A DNA stretch of 64,000 nucleotides from Macrostomum hystrix (Eukaryota > Animalia > Platyhelminthes), in assembly GCA_950097015.1 (NCBI GenBank), contig CATNEN010000030.1, forward strand, positions 62,001 through 126,000, read 5' to 3'. Shown here piece after piece: positions 12,001 to 24,100 of this stretch; position 1 is the stretch's first letter; each line of letters opens with the position of its first letter. A model generated the notes under the pieces. It saw nothing but the letters and a program-made list of their open reading frames with translations. It searched no databases and was not told the origin of the DNA. The translations under genes were made by a program, and so were the position numbers.

Positions 12001-15000
12001 TTGCAGATAATAACTAAAAACTTAGAAACTGCCTTTGGAAAATGCCCGCCCACTGCCTTTGACATATTTTCATACCTGCCATTCCTAGCATATCTTCCTC
12101 ATTGCTTCATTAACTCCTCTCTCCCCTGTCTTATTTCTCCCCTGTCTCATCTCTCCCGTGTCTTATCTCTCCCGTGTCTCATCTCTCCCCTGTCTTATTT
12201 CTCCCGTGTCTCATCTGTCCCCTGTCTCATCTCTCCCCTGTCTCATCTCTCCCCTGTCTCATCTCTCTCATGTCTCATTTCTCACGTCTCATCTCTCTCA
12301 TGTCTCATTTCTCCCGTCTCATCTATTCCCTGTCTCATCTCTCCAGTGTCTCATCTCTATTCTGTCTCATCTCTTCCTTGTCTCATCTCTCTCCTGTCTC
12401 ATCTCTCACCTGTCTCATTTCTCCCCTGTCTCATTTCTCCCCTGTCTCATTTCTCCCCCGTCTCATCTCTCCCCCGTCTCACGTCTCCCCTGTCTCATCT
12501 CTGACCTGTCTCATCTCTCCCCTGTCTCAGTAGCATAACCAATAGCCGAAACTAACCAAACAATATTGCAGCGGATTCAGACAGAAATCATGATGGCGCA
12601 GACGAACTATTTAACATGGGTAATCTCTTTTCGGCGCCACGTTAATGTAGTTCACTGTCACAGTAGATGATCAATAAATCAATAATTGTGTCCAGATTGC
12701 TTGCGTGCATGCCCTAAATATTTTAGTTTTAATCAAAAAAGAAATAAAACAAAAATTAGAATCAGAATAAATCGATAAAAAAATTAAACACGCAAAGTTA
12801 GCAGTAATTAGCTCCGTTATCTATTTGACGAAATGATTCTCTCAAAGGCGGACACATTAGTGCGCACGCCTTTCTTCAATGATCTGACGCAATCGATTTC
12901 TAAGAAAGGCACGAAAAGAAATTCCCAAATTGTTGCTTTCAGCGCATCGAGAGCGTAAGTGAATATTTAATTATTTGTTGTCCGTAACTCATCATCTTCG
13001 TGACTTTGTTTTGGCGCCTGTTTCGCATTTTCAAATTCACATTCTTTAATAAGTCTTTAATTTAAACAAAAACAAACGAGTTAATTAAAAAAATAACGCA
13101 CAATTTATTAAAAGATTTATGTAAATGTCACAATGATATACTTTATGAAAAATTGACTAGAGAAAATGATAGATTCACAAACTTTTATTAACCATGTTGC
13201 TATTTTTTATTAGCCTTTTGTGGCTTCAGCGTCGGACTCACGACTTTAACGCCGGGGTTCGATTCTTGACTCAACTGGAACTATTTTTGTTCTTTAGCAA
13301 GAAATTACACCCAACATTGCTACAGTTCACTAAGCTGTTAGATGGGTACCAGCAATAGCTGTTAGTACTCTTTAATCGAAGTTGTGAAAAGAGTGTCTGT
13401 CTGTGACTGTCTGTCACACAATCGTTGAATACCTCGAGGTTGTGGAGAGATAGCGACTTGATTCTTGCTTTTGGAAGGTTTCCAACCAAAAGTTAGTCCC
13501 TGTTCTAGAATTTCATAAGCCAAAAGATACAGTTATGTCTTGTAAAGTACAAACAGCCAGTCGTGTTCTACGTCAACGCTGCTCCTAGCCAAACGTTGCA
13601 GCCAGGCAAGCTGCTTCAGCTATCCGTGTCTATGTGTTAAATAGCGATCGGAAATTGTATTGTTGTGTTAATTGTTTCTTAATAAGACCTTTTTAATGTG
13701 AATTTTATCTAGCCGAGTCTTTTTTTAATCTCCAGAAAAAAAATTTCAATTTAAATCGTCCAACTATAAGTAGCTTACTTAATAATTCGTCTTCCGATAC
13801 GCCGCCAGACGCAGACGACGATGACGAATCGGAATCTGAAGATGACTCGGACTTCGAGTCTGAGGAGGAGGAGTCGGACGGTGAGGGCGTCCGCTACGAC
13901 CTGGACATCTGCCCAGCCGGCTGCGACCAGGCTCTTTACGACAGCACCTGCGCGCTGCGAGAGAAGCGGCTAGACATGGAAGAGGAGCTAGCCGAGGAGC
14001 GCAAAACCATGGAAGCGCTGCGCAAAGAGCTCGAGGGCCTGCAAAAGAAGGCCAGGGCGGTGGAAAGTGCTTTGGCCCAGGCCGAGAAGGAGCTGGAGGC
14101 ATTCCAGTTGGAGAAACAGAGCAAGCTTAATGAGCTCGAGACGGTGAGCTGCTCCACTGCACTGTTCAGAACACCCACCCGCCTCACTGCCCTAAACTAG
14201 CCATATAACCACACTCCCTGCCACCTCACTCCCTGCTGTCCACTGGCCAGATAACACCTACCTCACTCCCTGCCCTCCACTGGCCAGATAACATCCACCT
14301 CACTCCCTGCCCTCCACTAGCCAGATAACACCCGCCTCACTCCCTGCTGTCCACTAGCCAGATAACATCCACCTCACTCCCTGCCCTCCACTAGCCAGAT
14401 AACACCCGCCTCACTCCCTGCTGTCCACTAGCCAGATAACATCCACCTCACTCCCTGCCCTCCACTAGCCAGATAACACCCGCCTCACTCCCTGCTGTCC
14501 ACTGGCCAGATAACACCCACCTCACTCCCTGCCCTCCACTAGCCAGATAACACCCGCCTCACTCCCTGCTGTCCACTAGCCAGATAACATCCACCTCACT
14601 TTCTGCCCTCCACTAGCCAGATAACACCCACCTCACTCCCTGCCCTCCACTAGCCAAATAACACCCGCCTCACTCCCTGCTGTCCACTAGCCAGATAACA
14701 TCCACCTCACTCCCTGCCCTCCACTAGCCAGATAACACCCGCCTCACTCCCTGCTGTCCACTAGCCAGATAACACCTACCTCACTCCCTGCCCTCCACTA
14801 GCCAGATAACACCCACCTCACTTCCTGCCCTCCACTAGACAGATAACACCCACCTCACTCCCTGCCCTCCACTAGACAGATAACACCCACCTCACTCCCT
14901 GTCCTCCACTGGCCAGATAACACCCGCCTCACTTCCTGCCCTCCACTGGCCAGATAACACACACCTCACTTCCTGCCCTCCACTAGACAGATATCACCCA

Positions 15001-17919
15001 CCTCACTCCCTGCCCTCCACTGATTAAAAAGCACTCAAATCAATCCCAACGAAATTAAGACTCAATTCATTATTTAAGTTCAAAACTCTCTCCTCTCCAG
15101 GTCGTCGTTCTGCGGCTGCACCAGATTCTGCACCATGAGAACGGCCACCTGCCGCAAGACATCTCTAACTGCCTGGTATTCGAGCGCTCCGCTCTGCTGC
15201 AGCTGAAGCGGCGAATCAGCGAGCTGCAGGACGAGAAGCACCAGCAGAACCGTGAGCAGAAGGAAGCCAAGCGGAAGAACATCCAGCTCAACAAGGACCG
15301 CAGGCTCTATCAGGCTCACATCGATGACATGAAGGTCAAGTGTGACAAGATGATGGTGGACAAATTCGGCAAAGTTGAGGATATGGAGAAGCTGGAGCAG
15401 ATTGTCATCAATCCGAAGATTGAAGAGCTGACGATGAAGATGTTTGATCAGCAGGAGAAGATGCTGGACGAAATGAACCAATGGGATGTAAGTCCTCTTT
15501 CAGAGCCTCATTAGATTTTCCACTTCTGCTGTTATTATAAGAGCTTGCGAGAAGCTATAGTCTCTCTGCCTCTTCTTCCGCAGGACAAGATCCGGGAGGC
15601 CAAGGATCAGCTGATCAGCCAGACACGCGACAACACCAAGAAGCTGAGCCAGATGCTGCTGCTCTACACTGATCAATTTGAATTGGAAGAGCAGATTCAG
15701 TCTAGGCAGAAGAATCTGGTAAGATCCTCGTTTAACTACTTATAGTAGCCGTGCAAAACATTTTGTTAACGTTTTTTACTTATTGTAGAAAATATTCCCA
15801 TGCTTAAAAATGGATACTATTTTATTATCCAAAAAATTAAAGATCGTTAATGTTAACTGTAAATCGTTAAATGAATTATTTTCAGGTTTCTCTGCCAATG
15901 ACATCAGTGGGTTCACTGCTACTTTGATTCCTTTATTTTAATAATTACCACCTATTTTCTACTTGTCATTTCCAATGAGAGTGATTTAGCGCACGAATGA
16001 CGTCTTCCGCAGACTATACTCTGAATTATTTGCCTGAATTGCTTTTAGTTTCTTTATCACCCAACTATTTTGTAATCATTTTTCCTCGTCATTTTTTGTG
16101 TTGATGAATTCGATTCGAATTTGACTCAACATTAATGTGTTTAAAATCCCTGTTGAGCGGAGAGTACTGTCGGTTCTGCAAGGCAGGGAACTCTCACCTG
16201 TTAGACTGAGAACTCTCACCTGTTAGACCGATAACTCTCACCTGTTAGACCGGGAGCTCTCACCTGTTAGGCCGGGAAATATCACCTGTTAGACCGGGAA
16301 CTCTCACCTGTTAGACCAGGAAAGCTCACCTGTTAGACAGAGAACTCTCATCTGTCAGGCGTGGAACTCTCACCTGTTAGACGGAGAACTCTTATCTGTC
16401 AGGCGTGCAACTCCCACCTGTTAGACGGAGAACTCTCACCTGTTAGACCGGGAACTCTCACCTGTTAGACCAGGAACTCTCACCTGTTAGACCGGGAACT
16501 CTCACCTGTTAGACCAGGAAATCTCACATGTTAGACCAGGAACTCTCACCTGTTAGACAGAGAACTCTCATCTGTCAGGCGTGCAACTCCCACCTGTTAG
16601 ACGGAGAACTCTTATCTGTCAGGCGTGGAACTCCCACCTGTTAGACGGAGAACTCTTATCTGTCAGGCGTGCAACTCCCACCTGTTAGGCATGGAGCTCT
16701 CACCTGTTAGACGGAGAACTCTTATCTGTCAGGCGTGCAACTCTCACCTGTTTGGCGTGGAATGCTCACCTGTTGACTTTGGACCGAATCTTATAGACAG
16801 TGATGTTATCTGACTCCATTTTTACTTATCCTTCATCCCTATTATACATTTTATTAGATCTGCTTTCAGATTGTACCACAGAAGCTAAGCTACGAGTATT
16901 AAGATAATATATTTTTGCTGTCTTTCTTTGCAAAATTGACATAAAATGTTTTGGATTTATAGGTTTTTGAGAGGTTTATGAGTTTATTGCTGATTTTTAT
17001 TGACACTTCAATAAGAATATTGATTAGCGATGACTTTATTGCTATTGGATTAAGTTCGCATTATTAAAGAATCAGAACAACAAGGTAGTCTAGCTTAAAT
17101 TAACCAATAGATCTACTCCTGGCGATAACATCCAATCAGATTCAGTTTAGACAAAAGCAGCCAATCAGAACGAGCCCCGGTGAAATGCACCAACCAATGA
17201 ACCATAAGTGGTCAAGATAAAATCAGTTGTTCTGTAACTCCAGAAATATTCAACCCGTCGCCATGAAAATACAGAACACGGGCTAAAATTTTCCGCTCCA
17301 TCCGGTGAAACAGCTTCCAGAATCACAAAACATCGGCATCGTCCAGGTATTCAACGGTTCTCTTCGGGGAGTCTGGTGGCAAAAACCACCAATATTGGCA
17401 TCATTTTTCTGCTCATAAAATTTCATCAAGCATCCATGTCGATTGGTTATATCGTTATGTATTATATGATTGAAGCAATACGGGTTTGGCTACAGAGGTT
17501 TGTACAGAGCAAATGCTAGTTTTCCCTGTTACCCTGTCACCGTCGGAGGGCTTTGAAAGTTAGATCATCGTTAAGGGTGGATAATTTCAGTCCTTATTTC
17601 CCGAAAATCGTTGATTTGGTTTAGCAGCTATTTGAAATACTGCGGTCTTTCTATTTCGGTTAAAGGATTTCCAACATAAAGCTCAGAAACTCATTGAGCT
17701 CAACTGCTCACAACCGTACTCAACTGTCATTCCGCGTCGCAGGGCTCGGAGTACCAGGGCGCCAGAGAGGCGGACATCGAGGAGATCGAGAAGCTGATGC
17801 AGCTGGTCCAGATTCAGGCCCAGGAGCTGAACGCGCTCAAAGAGGAGATTGGCATGCTGTCACGGAAGGGTGGCCACATCCTGCCTCCGGTGCAGCCGCC
17901 GATGCAGGGTCCGCTTTGA
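1..17919 (+). CDS. CFAP44: Cilia- and flagella-associated protein 44 (WDR52), 3' portion; gene begins before the window. Exons: 1-204, 2101-2838, 3484-3832, ~5871-6284, 8234-8418, 9085-9196, 10575-11003, 11715-11898, 13809-14143, 15101-15487, 15584-15718, 17743-17919
   Basis: GT-AG junctions are phase-compatible throughout except 3832/5871. The translation has the WD tail (FWLSMGGYDSGYLYQC, LVSVGRDGNYFVY), DDIDDPGAYSIEEDKQK, DNMGDFKLKSASDYIVP, the acidic tract with DICPAGCDQALYD, and C-terminal ELNALKEEIGMLSRKGGHILPPVQPP*, matching recalled CFAP44 motifs. Confidence 0.93.
305..610. repeat. 16-bp minisatellite (TGCCGCTAAACCCCCT)n in CFAP44 intron
   Basis: Direct tandem periodicity of 16 bp, degenerating at both ends. 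Confidence 0.9.
1010..1745. repeat. 31-bp minisatellite (AGAAGGGACCAATCAGAGAAGAACAGTCATT)n, ~23 units
   Basis: Unit starts at 1045 and 1076 etc.; nearly every unit carries GGACCAATCAG. Confidence 0.95.
2935..3310. repeat. Degenerate 21-bp minisatellite (TTCAGATTTCTAGGAAATCAC)n
   Basis: Periodicity of 21 (2971, 2992); begins ~100 nt after the 2838 donor. Confidence 0.85.
3865..4510. repeat. 34-bp minisatellite (GCGGCGCATCAAAGGAATGTAGATGTGAACAGTT)n
   Basis: Units at 3902, 3936 etc., with shorter variants at the 3' end. Confidence 0.95.
5630..5790. repeat. Short ~20-bp minisatellite (AAGATTCTGGTTTGGG core)
   Basis: About 7 degenerate units; shares the AAGATTCTGG core with the 8440-9050 array. 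Confidence 0.8.
6390..7440. repeat. 22-bp minisatellite (GTCAGATTATTCCCAGAGTGGT)n, ~47 units
   Basis: Tandem periodicity; explains the 22-aa repeat ORFs in the track. Confidence 0.97.
7845..8113 (+). mobile_element. 5'-truncated copy of the TTAA-flanked MITE family
   Basis: Ends in CTTGGTAGTCCTACTG-TTAA and shares internal blocks (CACGAAACTCAAGAACACGGGCCAAC, GTCAACCAATCAGTCACCACCCAA) with 34052-34563 and 37380-37979. Confidence 0.8.
8440..9050. repeat. 20-bp minisatellite (AAGATTCTGGGGTATTTGGT)n
   Basis: Periodicity of 20; fills most of the intron 8419-9084. Confidence 0.95.
11030..11645. repeat. 22-bp minisatellite (TCTAACAGGTGACTCTTTCTTA)n, ~28 units
   Basis: Units at 11293, 11315 etc.; GT/GC variants and some 18-bp units; fills intron 11004-11714. 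Confidence 0.95.
12115..12530. repeat. Degenerate pyrimidine-rich 16-bp minisatellite (TGTCTCATCTCTCCCC)n
   Basis: Periodicity of 16. Confidence 0.9.
13205..13355 (+). mobile_element. tRNA-derived SINE fragment, CORE-like family (S2)
   Basis: GGTTCGATTC B-box followed by CTTTAGCAAG...CAGTTCACTAAGCTGTTAGATGGGTACC, similar to 37040-37210 and 61735-61880. Confidence 0.65.
14190..15020. repeat. 37-bp minisatellite (CCACTAGCCAGATAACACCCGCCTCACTCCCTGCTGT)n
   Basis: Units at 14351, 14388; alternating variants; fills intron 14144-15100. Confidence 0.95.
16185..16775. repeat. 22-bp minisatellite (AACTCTCACCTGTTAGACCGGG)n with a 44-bp dimer variant
   Basis: Units at 16441, 16463; alternates with AACTCTTATCTGTCAGGCGTGC toward the 3' end. 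Confidence 0.9.
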
Positions 17920-18739
17920 AACTAAAGAAAACAAGTACTGTCTGCTACTTTTGTTTTTTTATTTCTTGACCAGATTTAAGAAATGAAAATATAATCCTTT
18001 TTTGTTTTTCTGTTTTGCATGCGCGACTTTCGCTACGTGTTACTAAATTTAAACAAAATATGAACGAATTTCGCCTCTTTTTAAAAAAAAACACTAGATT
18101 ACAAATCCTTTTCGCAAGAAACCCAGGTGTTGCTTCTGTGATTTGAGATTTGAGTAAAAATTTGAGTCTAGACAAAACCGCTGCTTGTGAATCACGTTTT
18201 TTACTATTAATAATATTATCGCTAATAAAATGAGACAAACAATAATCTATTGTTTTAAAATATTTTGTGACTATCTTTGCTATGCTGACAATAATAGTGT
18301 TATAAGAAGTTTTTGTTGGATTAATTTGATAATTGGTTTTCTACTGTCCATTCACGAAATAATGAAATCACAAGCCAGAGAAATTCCATAAGAACCAATC
18401 TTTGCTTTCACAAATTTATAAATAAATGGATAAGTCGTATTATACAATTAAGCAGCTAGTTGAAGGAAGGCTTGTCGTCATGTTTAGGTTTGATATAGGG
18501 GCGATTTTTTGAAAAGTCGTTTAAAATCTTTCTTTTGAATACAATTCTCTGTACGTGCGAGTATCGGTGTAAAAACTATATGCATTACATAGATAAATTG
18601 CCACATTATTTTCAATGGTTAAATACGCGATTTTTAAGCAAATTTACATTCTTAAAATATAAATATTACTCAGTTTTCAATTTTTGCATAAAAAAATCAC
18701 GATTCAAGATTTTACAGATCAAATCTGTCAATAATGATT

Positions 18740-19080
18740 AGTCAGCCAATCAGAACCAGTCATGAAATATTCTACGAAAAAGAACTAGCCCTAATATGGT
18801 AAACCAATCAGCGCTAGTCCGGCAGAAATCCACCAATCAGAACTAGCCTTGAAATAACGAACTAATCCTAGTTAAACCAACACATCAGTACTAATCCTGA
18901 GACCTGATAAATTCAACCAATCAGAACTAGTCTTGGCGTAATTAACCAATCAGAACTAGCCTTGGCCTTGGTGGAATCAACCAATCAGAACTAGCCCTGG
19001 TGGAATCAACCAATCAGAACTAGCCTTGATGGAATCAACCAATCCGAACTTTGATCTTGGTGTAATCAACCAATCAAAGT
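18740..19080. repeat. Degenerate array of AACCAATCAGAACTAG motifs (~9 copies)
   Basis: Repeated CCAATCAG with irregular spacing; related motifs at 17100-17200. Confidence 0.7.
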
Positions 19081-19211
19081 AGTCAAATACTGTATTTGAA
19101 GGACGCATTACTGTGTTGCTTCAGTAACAGTCTTGCACAGTCTTAACTAAAAAATATGGAACACAGAATCGTCGTTAAACAAAAAAATTATGCAATTAAA
19201 TCAAAACAAAA

Positions 19212-20051
19212 TCAAAACTTTCCCAGACTAATCGCCACCGAGTCGGGTGACGGCAGAAGGACCCGCTCCTCGGCGCTGTTTGCCACAGACGACGGCTTTT
19301 TTGCAGTAACTTTTTTCGTCTTGCCACCACCTACAGTTGCTGCCTTTTTCTTCTTATTCGCCAGGGGCGGCTTCTGCTGCAGTTGCAGTGCCTCATCGGG
19401 CGGATGCTGCAGGCTCAGCTGGCTGGAGCCGAGGAAATTCGCACTGCTGGACAGTCGATTCGATGTCGCTCGTCTGTCCTGACTTGCCGCCGACTGCTGC
19501 AACTGCTGCTGCTGAAGCTGGGCTGCCAGAGCCTGTTCCCGCAGCTCCTTGGTCTTCCTGCTGGCCTGACAGTGCGAGGCCACGCAGCAGACGTAGATCA
19601 GTGCCAGCAGGCCGACTGCAAAGCCCAGCAGGCCGTAGTTTCGCGCCTCGGTCCAGTCGACGGCGATGCCCCAGATGGCTACGCCCGCGGCGGCAGCCAC
19701 TCCGCCGCCAAGAATGCCGAAGGCCAGGATAAATAGCAGGGAGCGGCAGGCTGACAATGAGCAGCGCACATTCAGGCAGCAGCAGAAGTACAGTCTGGTG
19801 GGCTTCGGCTCATGGTCCAGGCAGGTGCAATCGATGACCAGGTCGGGCACACAGCCGGCACTCAGCAGTTCGACGAATGATTTCCGAGGTGACGCCGACG
19901 ATGTCACAGCTGGCGCCATTGTAGCGTCAGTTGACGCTGAAGTGCACGGTGTTGTAACGGCTTCGTCTGGCGAAGTTTTGTACCTGAGCTCCACTTGCAA
20001 TTGCTTATTGAACTTCTCGCAGTGCTCGCAGTCGCTGTTCTCGAATCTCAT
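19212..20051 (-). CDS. Unknown membrane protein, ~279 aa, two predicted TM helices flanked by Cys clusters, with a Q-rich and K-rich tail
   Basis: Single GC-rich ORF with hydrophobic stretches LLFILAFGILGGGVAAAAGVAIWGIAV and YGLLGFAVGLLALIYVCCVA. No family recognised; 5' end uncertain. Confidence 0.7.
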   Translation of the reverse strand: MRFENSDCEHCEKFNKQLQVELRYKTSPDEAVTTPCTSASTDATMAPAVTSSASPRKSFVELLSAGCVPDLVIDCTCLDHEPKPTRLYFCCCLNVRCSLSACRSLLFILAFGILGGGVAAAAGVAIWGIAVDWTEARNYGLLGFAVGLLALIYVCCVASHCQASRKTKELREQALAAQLQQQQLQQSAASQDRRATSNRLSSSANFLGSSQLSLQHPPDEALQLQQKPPLANKKKKAATVGGGKTKKVTAKKPSSVANSAEERVLLPSPDSVAISLGKF

Positions 20052-21195
20052 CAACTGGGAAGAGGCTCGAGGGCGCCAGAATGATGTTGTTGCTCATGCA
20101 GCTGGCTAATCGCTGATCCTCAGCCTTCAATTCACAAAACTTGCCGCTTATGAATCATAATTTACAGTAGGCTTTCTTTACCGCGCTTTCTGTTAAACTT
20201 CTAGACTTGTGAACCAGTGCCCACGGCTGCTTTCGATATTCTTCGCCCAAACGCCGTACATTCCCGTTCCCATTCTTTCATTACTTTCTCTCCGCTTTGC
20301 ACAATAAAAAGCTGCAGTTCGAGCATCTGCCTGTCTCTATTGCCCGCCGCCCCACAATTTTTCTATCCCGCTGTAGACTTGGCAGGGACATCGCAGTTTC
20401 AAGCGACAGTCGGGGCTGCGTACCTCTCGCCACCCCCTACCCCAGCTTCGAGTTGGCGCAATGTCCATACGAGGGCAGTCAAATTTCAAAAGCAGCACGC
20501 TATGCATTTTTGGTGGCGGGGCAGTTTGACCCCATCTGTGCGCATGTGCCCAGTGCAGCATCTCTCAGCGGTTATTTCTCTGACTATAATAACTGTATAT
20601 CTATCAGTGCAATGGTAATGGTAATGGTGCAATGGTTTTAGCTTAGCAACGAGATATTTCGCATGTGTGCTTCTATGCAAATGTCATCATGGACTATTAG
20701 GACAACTAGTGCAATGAACTGTCACTGTCACTGTCACTGTCACTCCCCCTATGGTTCTTTATAAAGGCAATAAAGTAGAAAACATAGGTTAGATACTCGC
20801 ATGGCTATAAGAAAGTTTACTTCGGTTAACAAGATTATAACAAAAATACGAGTACAACTCGTATATATTCACTGGTTTGGGAAATATCTATGAGTATATT
20901 TGAAAAATAAAGTAAAATGCACGCAGCTCCCTAAATGAACAACAAAAATATCAAATCAATCTCAATTTGTCTATATAACTCAGACTCCATATGCTGATTT
21001 GCATAATTTATGTGAAAGCTTCAAGCAAGAGATCAAGCAACTGTATTTCCGAGAAACACAAAAACACGAAAATTTGACTTCGCAGAGCAATTGAATTGAA
21101 ATATAGTTCAAATTAGATTTTCACAATCAATGAACCAGCGGATCATAACAATGGTATATCAGCACAACGTTGCAAAACTATGGTCCAATGAAGTG

Positions 21196-24100
21196 TCAGC
21201 ACAATGTCCATGACAGACGACTTGGAACAATGCGACGGATGACTTCAGCTCTGAAATTTAAATATGGGATACTGATAAAATACAACAAAGACAATATAAA
21301 GCTGCACACAAATCACTCTGAATCACACAAATGCCACTCACTGCAGCACACAAATCACTATGAATCACACAAATGCCACTCACTGCAGCACACAAATCAC
21401 TCTGAATCACACAAATCACTCTGAATCACACAAATCACTCTGAATCACACAAATCACTCTGAATCACACAAATCACTCTGAATCACACAAACCACTCTGA
21501 ATCACACAAATGCCACTCACTGCAGCACACAAATCACTTTGAATCACACAAATCACTCTGAATCACACAAATCACTCTGAATCACACAAATCACTCTGAA
21601 TCACACAAATCACTCTGAATCACACAAACCACTCTGAATCACACAAACCACTCTGAATCACACAAACCACTCTGAATCACACAAACCACTCTGAATCACA
21701 CAAATCACTCTGAATCACACAAATCACTCTGAATCACACAAATCACTCTGAATCACACAAATCACTCTGAATCACACAAACCACTCTGAATCACACAAAC
21801 CACTCTGAATCACACAAACGCCACTCACTGCAGCACACAAATCACTCTGATACACAAAATTCACTCTGAATCACACAAATCACTCTGAATCACACAAATG
21901 CCACTGACTGCAGCACACAAATCACTCTGATTCACAAAATTCACTCTGAATCACACAAATCACTCTGAATCACACAAATCACTCTGAATCACACAAATCA
22001 CTCTGAATCACACAAATCACTCTGAATCACACAAATGCCACTGACTGCAGCACACAAATCACTCTGAATCACACAAATGCCACTCTCTGCAGCACACAAA
22101 TCACTCTGAATCACACAAATCACTCTGAATCACACAAATCACTCTGAATCACACAAATCAATCTGAATCACACAAATCACTCTGAATCACACAAATGCCA
22201 CTCACTGCAGCACACAAATCACTCTGAATCACACAAATCACTCTGAATCACACAAATCACTCTGAATCACACAAATCACTCTGAATCACACAAATGCCAC
22301 TGACTGCAGCACACAAATCACTCTGATTCACAAAATTCACTCTGAATCACACAAATCACCCTGAATCACACAAATGCCACTGACTGCAGCACACAAATCA
22401 CTCTGATTCACAAAATTCACTCTGAATCACACAAATCACTCTGAATCACACAAATCACTCTGAATCACACGAATCACTCTGAATCACACAAATCACTCTG
22501 AATCACACAAATCACTCTGAATCACACAAATCACTCTGAATCACACAAATGCCACTGACTGCAGCACACAAATCACTCTGAATCACACAAATGCCACTCT
22601 CTGCAGCACACAAATCACTCTGAATCACACAAATCACTCTGAATCACACAAATCACTCTGAATCACACAAATGCCACTCACTGCAGCACACAAATCACTC
22701 TGAATCACACAAATCACTCTGAATCACACAAATCACTCTGAATCACACAAATCACTCTGAATCACACAAATCACTCTGAATCACACAAATCACTCTGAAT
22801 CACACAAATCACTCTGAATCACACAAATCACTCTGAATCACACAAATCACTCTGAATCACACAAATCACTCTGAATCACACAAATGCCACTCTCTGCAGC
22901 ACACAAATCACCTTGAATCACACAAATCACTCTGAATCACACAAACGCCACTCACTGCAGCAGAGCGGGCAGTCCAGAGATCGGAAGTCGCCAGCGGACA
23001 ACGGCGAGTGCGCACAGAGTCTGAAGACTCGGTTGAATCTCTAGCACAAACATATCGGACAGATCCTTCAGTCCCATGATGGAGTCGTCTGGCTCCTCCT
23101 CCAGCTGCTCCAAGTCGACAGCATCATCGGCTGGTCCGGACTCCCGCCTCTCGACTTCGTCGGGCTGGTCGGCCTCGCCGTCTCCGTCGTCAGCAGAGGC
23201 TCGCAGACCGGGCAGATGGCCCAGCAGCGGAGCGTACAGTCGTTGGAAGTCGGCAGCGGGTAGCGCTGGTTCAAAGCTGTATCTCACAAAGCGACACGTG
23301 CCACCAAACAGAATCACACGGCTATCGGACACTGGCACTGCCACCAGGCGTCTTCGTGGACATGGGCCTCTGCAGAATGCGGTGCACGGCTCGACCCGAG
23401 TCACACAGCCGCTGATTGGGTCCAGGCACCACAGATCATTCAGATGGCCGTCCTCCGAGCTCGTTGAGCGCAGGTCATTGTACCCGAAGCCAAAATAGAT
23501 CTTTTCTCCTAGGCAAAACATTGTCCCCGACCGTCTGCCCAGCAGATTGTTGACTCTCGCTCGCAGACTCCACGACTGACTGTCGACATCAAAGTAGTAC
23601 AGGCCGGAGTCGTAGCAGGACTCGCCGGAAAACACGTGACCCGCCATGTCGCTGCGGCCGCCCCACATAAAGAAGCCGCGTCGCCAGGCCACCGAGCAGC
23701 TAAAGTCGCGCGGCGTCGGCGCCTCTGGAATGCCGCTCTGCGGGCAAGCGGGCGAGATTTTTGATCCTCTGAGACTGATGTGGGACTCTTGAGGTCTGGG
23801 ATAATTGAGCCAGCTGCATGAAATCACTCACTAGCCTTGGCTGGATGCGAGTCCACTCCATGCTGAGCAGGTCGCAGCAGTACACCTGGTTCTCGTACTC
23901 CTCTGCCACCGTGAAGCCGCCGAATATAAACATCCGGCTGTCCACCAGGCAGGCCGAGTGGCCGTCCCGACTCTGCGGTGGCTGCCCTCCGCCCGTGTGT
24001 ACAGTCCACAGCAGCGTGGCAGGGTCAAACTGGCACACATGAGGCGGCGCAGCCTCTCTGTCGTTGCGGCCGCCGAACATGAAGGCGCAGCCGTTGAACT

